DNA from: Patescibacteria group bacterium
GTDB taxonomy: Bacteria; Patescibacteriota; Minisyncoccia; UBA6257; UBA9933
Reading direction: 5' to 3'
Length of the DNA stretch: 64,000 bases
Assembly (NCBI GenBank): GCA_038078555.1
Contig: JBBTYQ010000003.1
Span: forward strand, 397 to 64,396
This document shows, piece by piece, positions 59,855 to 64,000 of this stretch (within the stretch, counting starts at the first letter, position 1; every line of letters starts with the position of its first letter). The notes beneath the pieces were generated by a model, which did no database searches, was not told where the DNA came from, and worked only from the letters and a program-made list of their open reading frames with translations. Position numbers and translations under genes: made by a program.

Positions 59855-61489
59855 ATGTTAAGATGGCAAATACAGATGCCTCTGCCTCGAGAATACTATT
59901 ATTTGAATATCGGCCAAGCCGCTGACCTGGAAAATCCCAGAGAACGCAAAATATACCGCACTCTGGAAATGATTCCGGGATTTTTAGCTTGGGCGACTCT
60001 TTTGGGCGTTATTGGATTATCTTATTTCTCTCCGCTTATTACGGCTTTTTTTATAATTGTTTTTGACACTTATTGGCTATTAAAAACCATTTATCTCAGC
60101 CTTCATTTGCGCATGGCTTTTAAAAAAATACAGCAAAATTTAAAAATTGATTGGCTCCGACGCCTCAATGAATTATCATCGGGGGTTGGAGCTTCGACCT
60201 TCGACACTTCGCTCAAAGCGTCGGAGCTACAAAACCACGACTGGAAAGATATATATCATTTGATACTTTTGCCTTTTTATAAAGAAGATTATGAAACTAT
60301 TTATCAATCCATAGCCAGCTTGGAGCAAGCTAATTATTCAAAAAACAAAATGATAATTGTTTTGGCGGCCGAAGAAAGAGCCGGAAATTCTGTTTTAGAA
60401 ATTGCCGAAAAAATTAAAAATGAATTTGGAGATAAGTTTTTTCAATTTTTAATAACTATCCATCCTCAAAATTTAACCGGAGAAATTCCGGGCAAAGGTT
60501 CAAATATCGCCTGGGCCGGTAAAAAAGCCAAAGAAAAAATAATCGATACTCTTAAAATTTCTTATGACAAAATCATTGTTTCGGCTTTCGACATTGACAC
60601 GATAATTTATCCTGATTATTTTAGCCGCCTGACTTATGTTTATTTAAACACTAAAAATCCTCAAAATTACAGCTATCAGCCGGTGCCTTATTACATTAAT
60701 AACATCTGGCAAACACCGGCGCTCGCCCGAGTAGTGGCGTTTTCCGCCACTTTTTGGCATAGTCTCCAGCAAGAACGGGCGGAGCGACTAACTACTTTTT
60801 CGTCTCATTCAATGCCGTTTCAGGCTTTAGTTAATGTAAATTTTTGGCAGAAAAATATGGTTAGCGAAGACTCGAGAATTTTCTGGCAATGTTTGTTAAG
60901 GCATAACGGAAATTACGGCGTAGTGCCGCTTTATTATCCGGTAAAAATGGATGCTAATACGGCGCCGACTTTCTGGCAAACAATGAAAAATTTATACAAA
61001 CAGCAAAGGCGCTGGGGCTGGGGAGTCGAAAATATCCCTTATATTCTTTTTGGCTTCTGGAAAAATAAAGAAATTTCAGTTCGACAAAAATGGTATTTTT
61101 CCTGGATCTACATTGAGGGCTTTTGGTCGTGGTCAACCAACGCTTTGATAATTTTTATGCTCGGCTGGTTGCCGATAATTTTAGGCGGAGAATATTTCCG
61201 GCAGACTATTTTGGCTTATAACCTGCCGCAAATTACTCGGTGGCTGATGACACTTTCCGCCATTGGTATTATCACTTCAGCTTATTTGACAATGGTAATT
61301 TTACCGCCTAAGCCTAATGAATACGGAAAACGCAAATACTTACTGATGATTATTCAGTGGCCTTTGCTTTTGGTAACAATGATTATTTTCGGCGCTTTTC
61401 CCGGCTTGGAAGCTCAAACTCGCTTGATGCTTTCCGGAAAATCAAGACTGGGATTCTGGGTTACACCTAAACAAAACCTTAAGATATAA
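59855..61489 (+). CDS. Membrane-embedded family-2 glycosyltransferase, processive (cellulose/chitin-synthase-like) type
   Basis: It has the DxD-like FDIDT and the Q-x-x-R-W motif (KQQRRWGWG), with flanking TM helices. The ORF-track start at 59798 overlaps the divergent gene. ATG 59855 lies 12 nt after TATAAT (59837-59842). Confidence 0.8.
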   Translation: MLRWQIQMPLPREYYYLNIGQAADLENPRERKIYRTLEMIPGFLAWATLLGVIGLSYFSPLITAFFIIVFDTYWLLKTIYLSLHLRMAFKKIQQNLKIDWLRRLNELSSGVGASTFDTSLKASELQNHDWKDIYHLILLPFYKEDYETIYQSIASLEQANYSKNKMIIVLAAEERAGNSVLEIAEKIKNEFGDKFFQFLITIHPQNLTGEIPGKGSNIAWAGKKAKEKIIDTLKISYDKIIVSAFDIDTIIYPDYFSRLTYVYLNTKNPQNYSYQPVPYYINNIWQTPALARVVAFSATFWHSLQQERAERLTTFSSHSMPFQALVNVNFWQKNMVSEDSRIFWQCLLRHNGNYGVVPLYYPVKMDANTAPTFWQTMKNLYKQQRRWGWGVENIPYILFGFWKNKEISVRQKWYFSWIYIEGFWSWSTNALIIFMLGWLPIILGGEYFRQTILAYNLPQITRWLMTLSAIGIITSAYLTMVILPPKPNEYGKRKYLLMIIQWPLLLVTMIIFGAFPGLEAQTRLMLSGKSRLGFWVTPKQNLKI

Positions 61490-61640
61490 TTAATTTTATT
61501 TATTTAATAAAAATTCGCCATTGTTTATCTAATAAATTTTTAGTGAGTTTTAAAAATCTCCAATTAAAAAGAGCGGCACAGACCGCTCTTTTATATCTCT
61601 TATATCTCTTTAAATATTTTAAAAAATCTCAAAAAATCTA

Positions 61641-62591
61641 TCAATATTCCCGAACCATAACAAATCCTGAACCACCATTACCACCAGTATCAGGCCCAAC
61701 GCTACCTCCGCCACCACTACCACGACTACCGTTACCACCAATTCTATTTCCACCTACTACTCCCCCAGAACCACCACTAATACCACTTCCACTAGGACCA
61801 CCAGAACTATTGCCGTTATTGACCCATCTACCATTAAAATAATCATAATACCTACCGCCTGCTCCAGAACCACCATTAGACCCATTAAAAGCATTAGGCC
61901 CCGAAAAAGACCCTCCTATTCCGGGATAATTATAACTCCGTCCACCAGCACCTCCGGTTGCAACTACAAAACTGCCAAAAGATGAACTTCCTCCATTGCC
62001 GCCTGAAATATTCCAAACTGCAGAACCTGCACCACCAGTACCTACTGTAACAGGTACCGAGGATATACTTGAAACATCAATAATCCCCTCTACGTATCCG
62101 CCCCCGCCACCGCCACTTCCTACGCCACCTTGATAACTACCGCCGCCTCCGCCTCCGCCAGCTACCTGAACATAAACTGTATTCACCCCAGATGGTTTTG
62201 TCCATGTTCCACTCGCTTGAAAAAGCTTCATATTTCCCGCGCTTCCACCTCCTCCCCCGCCAATACATCCATTAACATCACAAATTGTGCCTGATGCTTT
62301 TATGTTTCCTGTTACATCTAATTTTTCTGACGGACTTGCTACTCCGATTCCCACGTTACCGTCAAAAATAGCATTGGAATAAGCTCTAAAAGCTCCGCCT
62401 ATGCCTAAAGAACCGGCTTTATACTGAACACCGGAACCAGTGTTAATCGGAGCGTCGCAACCAGGATTTCCAACAATGCAAATGGGCGGAGTTGATACAG
62501 GCGGAGTCCAATCAGCGTAGACAAAAGCAATACCGATGAATAAACTCAATATAATGACTGATGAGATTTGAAGAAGATTTATTTTTTTCAT
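61641..62591 (-). CDS. Secreted glycine-rich protein with tail-fibre-like N-terminal motif
   Basis: A signal peptide (MKKINLLQISSVIILSLFIGIAFVYA) is obtained from ATG 62591. It has GNVGIGVASPSEKLDVTGNIKASG and then ASGTWTKPSGVNTVYVQVAGGGGGGG plus a Gly/Ser/Asn-rich region. The ORF-track start at 62663 overlaps the upstream gene. Confidence 0.7.
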   Translation of the reverse strand: MKKINLLQISSVIILSLFIGIAFVYADWTPPVSTPPICIVGNPGCDAPINTGSGVQYKAGSLGIGGAFRAYSNAIFDGNVGIGVASPSEKLDVTGNIKASGTICDVNGCIGGGGGGSAGNMKLFQASGTWTKPSGVNTVYVQVAGGGGGGGSYQGGVGSGGGGGGYVEGIIDVSSISSVPVTVGTGGAGSAVWNISGGNGGSSSFGSFVVATGGAGGRSYNYPGIGGSFSGPNAFNGSNGGSGAGGRYYDYFNGRWVNNGNSSGGPSGSGISGGSGGVVGGNRIGGNGSRGSGGGGSVGPDTGGNGGSGFVMVREY

Positions 62592-62628
62592 TTTTTTTAA
62601 ATTATAATTAGCGACTTTTTGTTTTAAA

Positions 62629-63006
62629 TTATTGTAATTGTTTGAATTTATCCAGCTCTTCAAGTTGTTTCTGAATTTCTTCTTGAGTCAACGGTTTAGC
62701 GCTGGTTTTTTTGCGATATGCGTCTATAGAATTAAACTGTTTATTTAATTCTGTTTCTGAAAGCGGTTGAGCGCTGGTACTGAATTCTTTTCTCAATTTA
62801 TCAATTTCACTTAATTGCCCTTCTATTATTTCTTGCTTCTGAATTTCCAAAGAAGGCGCGCCTGTCGGCTGAAAATCTGTTTGTGCAATATATTTATAAT
62901 AATTGTACCAGCCTATTATCGCAATAGCCAGCAAAACGACAGCCACTAATCCGGCTATTATAACTAAAATGATTTTCTTATTTCCAGCTATCAATTCTTC
63001 TAACAT
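62629..63006 (-). CDS. Bitopic membrane protein with repeated coiled-coil segments
   Basis: 125 aa with one TM helix (IILVIIAGLVAVVLLAIAIIGW). This is followed by repeated ...PL(S/T).(E)E(L/I).KQ... segments. Confidence 0.6.
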   Translation of the reverse strand: MLEELIAGNKKIILVIIAGLVAVVLLAIAIIGWYNYYKYIAQTDFQPTGAPSLEIQKQEIIEGQLSEIDKLRKEFSTSAQPLSETELNKQFNSIDAYRKKTSAKPLTQEEIQKQLEELDKFKQLQ

Positions 63007-63033
63007 AATAATTATATTTTTTAATATTTTGTT

Positions 63034-63687
63034 TTATCTTGACGGAACTTCAATCCTGTCGCCTGGCGCAACCGGAGGAGGCGGCGGTGGTAACGGTAAG
63101 CTTGATATTGTTTTTACAACATTAGAAAAATTCAGCCAACCAACAACGTCAGCTCCCCAAGCCCAACCGCCGTAAGAAGTGCCGGCGCCAAGAGAATCAT
63201 CTATTTTATTACTAATAAGCTTAGCATCAGTAATTTTAATCCAGCCGTTCCAATCGCCCCGCTCCAAGTTATTTTTTAATGCGCCGCTGCAACCAGACGC
63301 AAAAACATTACACGCCCTTAGCCAGCCGGAAATATCGCCGGTAGCAACATCAATAACAACCGGAGTGTTTGGGTTTTCCGGATAAGGACCAACCGGATTA
63401 AAATTAATCCAGCCAATATTGGAAGACCAAGCATAACCTCTTAACTCTTCTTTGCCTCCTGATGCAGGAACAATACTTACTTTATAATCCGAACTAGCGC
63501 AAACTCCCCTGTCTTCACAGTTAACGCTTACCCAGCCGATATTAGAAGACCACATCCAACCACTCAAAACATTGCCACTAACTTGAGCTTCAGCAGAATA
63601 AAAATTTTCAAATCCGTAAAAATAAGTAGCTCCGGCTAAAAGCAAAAATATTGTCACGAAGATAATAAATTTAGGTAATTGTTTCAT
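63034..63687 (-). CDS. Secreted GW-repeat protein with poly-Pro C-terminal tail
   Basis: 217 aa with a signal peptide. It has four repeats of type G(W/Y)xWSSNIGW(V/I)xxN. The C-terminus is PLPPPPPPVAPGDRIEVPSR. Confidence 0.75.
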   Translation of the reverse strand: MKQLPKFIIFVTIFLLLAGATYFYGFENFYSAEAQVSGNVLSGWMWSSNIGWVSVNCEDRGVCASSDYKVSIVPASGGKEELRGYAWSSNIGWINFNPVGPYPENPNTPVVIDVATGDISGWLRACNVFASGCSGALKNNLERGDWNGWIKITDAKLISNKIDDSLGAGTSYGGWAWGADVVGWLNFSNVVKTISSLPLPPPPPPVAPGDRIEVPSR

Positions 63688-63695
63688 TAGTTTTA

Positions 63696-63740
63696 ATTAT
63701 AGCATTAATAGAAAAAGAATGGCGTTGTTTCTGTGGATAA
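63696..63740 (-). promoter_or_regulatory. TTATCCACA-N30-TGCTATAAT promoter of the GW-repeat protein gene
   Basis: On the minus strand, TTATCCACA is at 63740-63732 and the extended -10 TGCTATAAT at 63704-63696. The ATG follows 8 nt later. Confidence 0.55.
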
Positions 63741-63745
63741 CCGAG

Positions 63746-64000
63746 TTATCTCGGAATAATTTCTATCAAACCGCCTGGCGGGCCAACTGGTGGCGGCGGT
63801 GGTGGCGGCAGTATAATAATATAGTTTCCGGAAAAAGTGATTATTCCGCCACCGGATAAAGTCTGAGAAATTGAAACTGGAGTATTATAGCCAGCCACAC
63901 TATTCCATGTGATGGTATAAACGCCGAGTGGCATACTGGGATAAGAAGCAGAAACGCCTGAACCGGTTCTAGTGGAAGGTCCGGTGATTGTCCAGGAGGC
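63746..64000 (-). CDS. Secreted protein, 5' end outside window, same poly-Pro C-terminal tail
   Basis: The frame is open to the window edge and continues upstream of the ORF-track Met at 63934. The C-terminus is ILPPPPPPPVGPPGGLIEIIPR, homologous at DNA level to the end of the 63034-63687 gene. Confidence 0.7.
   Translation of the reverse strand, partial: ASWTITGPSTRTGSGVSASYPSMPLGVYTITWNSVAGYNTPVSISQTLSGGGIITFSGNYIIILPPPPPPPVGPPGGLIEIIPR

Noticed and set aside
61543-61842. A Pro-rich 99-aa plus-strand ORF
   Set aside because: It is the antisense image of the GGN-rich coding sequence of the glycine-rich protein (61641-62591). Its low-complexity P/L content is typical of a mirror frame.

Overview
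This is a 64-kb, AT-rich, gene-dense fragment (sampled 60-nt lines are about 30-40% GC). It uses the standard bacterial code: TGA acts as a stop and a tRNA-Trp(CCA) is present. The content suggests a reduced-genome bacterium of the CPR/Patescibacteria (Parcubacteria-like) type; this is inference from gene content, not a database hit. Recognisable housekeeping blocks are: grpE-dnaK-(membrane ORF)-dnaJ; cysS-dnaB-recR; galT-like/PBP2/mreB/proS; a dcw block (mraZ-rsmH-ftsL-like-ftsI-murF); rplU; rplJ-rplL; rpmG; tyrS; tsf-rpsB; groES-groEL; and rpmF-nusB-rnc-smc-rpsP-KH-trmD. There are eight canonical tRNA genes: Lys, Glu, Val, Trp, Thr x2 and Tyr, plus several tRNA-derived fragments. Accessory content includes a 1818-aa BNR/FN3 surface protein, cohesin-like, glycine-rich and GW-repeat secreted proteins, and three small GIY-YIG genes. 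It also includes one GxxExxY gene, one PD-(D/E)XK gene, two compositionally foreign orphan genes next to tRNAs, and a thyX-like/dcd-like/unknown module. The most unusual observations are: (1) a canonical tRNA-Thr(UGU) nested inside the two halves of another tRNA-like gene and enclosed by a 13-bp helix. (2) A tRNA-Lys locus with three tandem Lys-derived units, GC-palindrome insertions and GIY-YIG genes. (3) An archaeal/eukaryal-type TyrRS next to a tRNA-Tyr that combines a C1:G72 pair with a bacterial long variable arm. (4) A repeated TTATCCACA-N30/31-TATAAT promoter architecture in front of surface-protein genes and one orphan short transcript. (5) A conserved ~22-nt element abutting five start codons. 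(6) A sharp split between Shine-Dalgarno-led accessory genes and SD-less, apparently near-leaderless core genes. No rRNA, CRISPR array, transposase, integrase or prophage was seen. All function calls rest on motifs I recognise by eye, and no searches were run.
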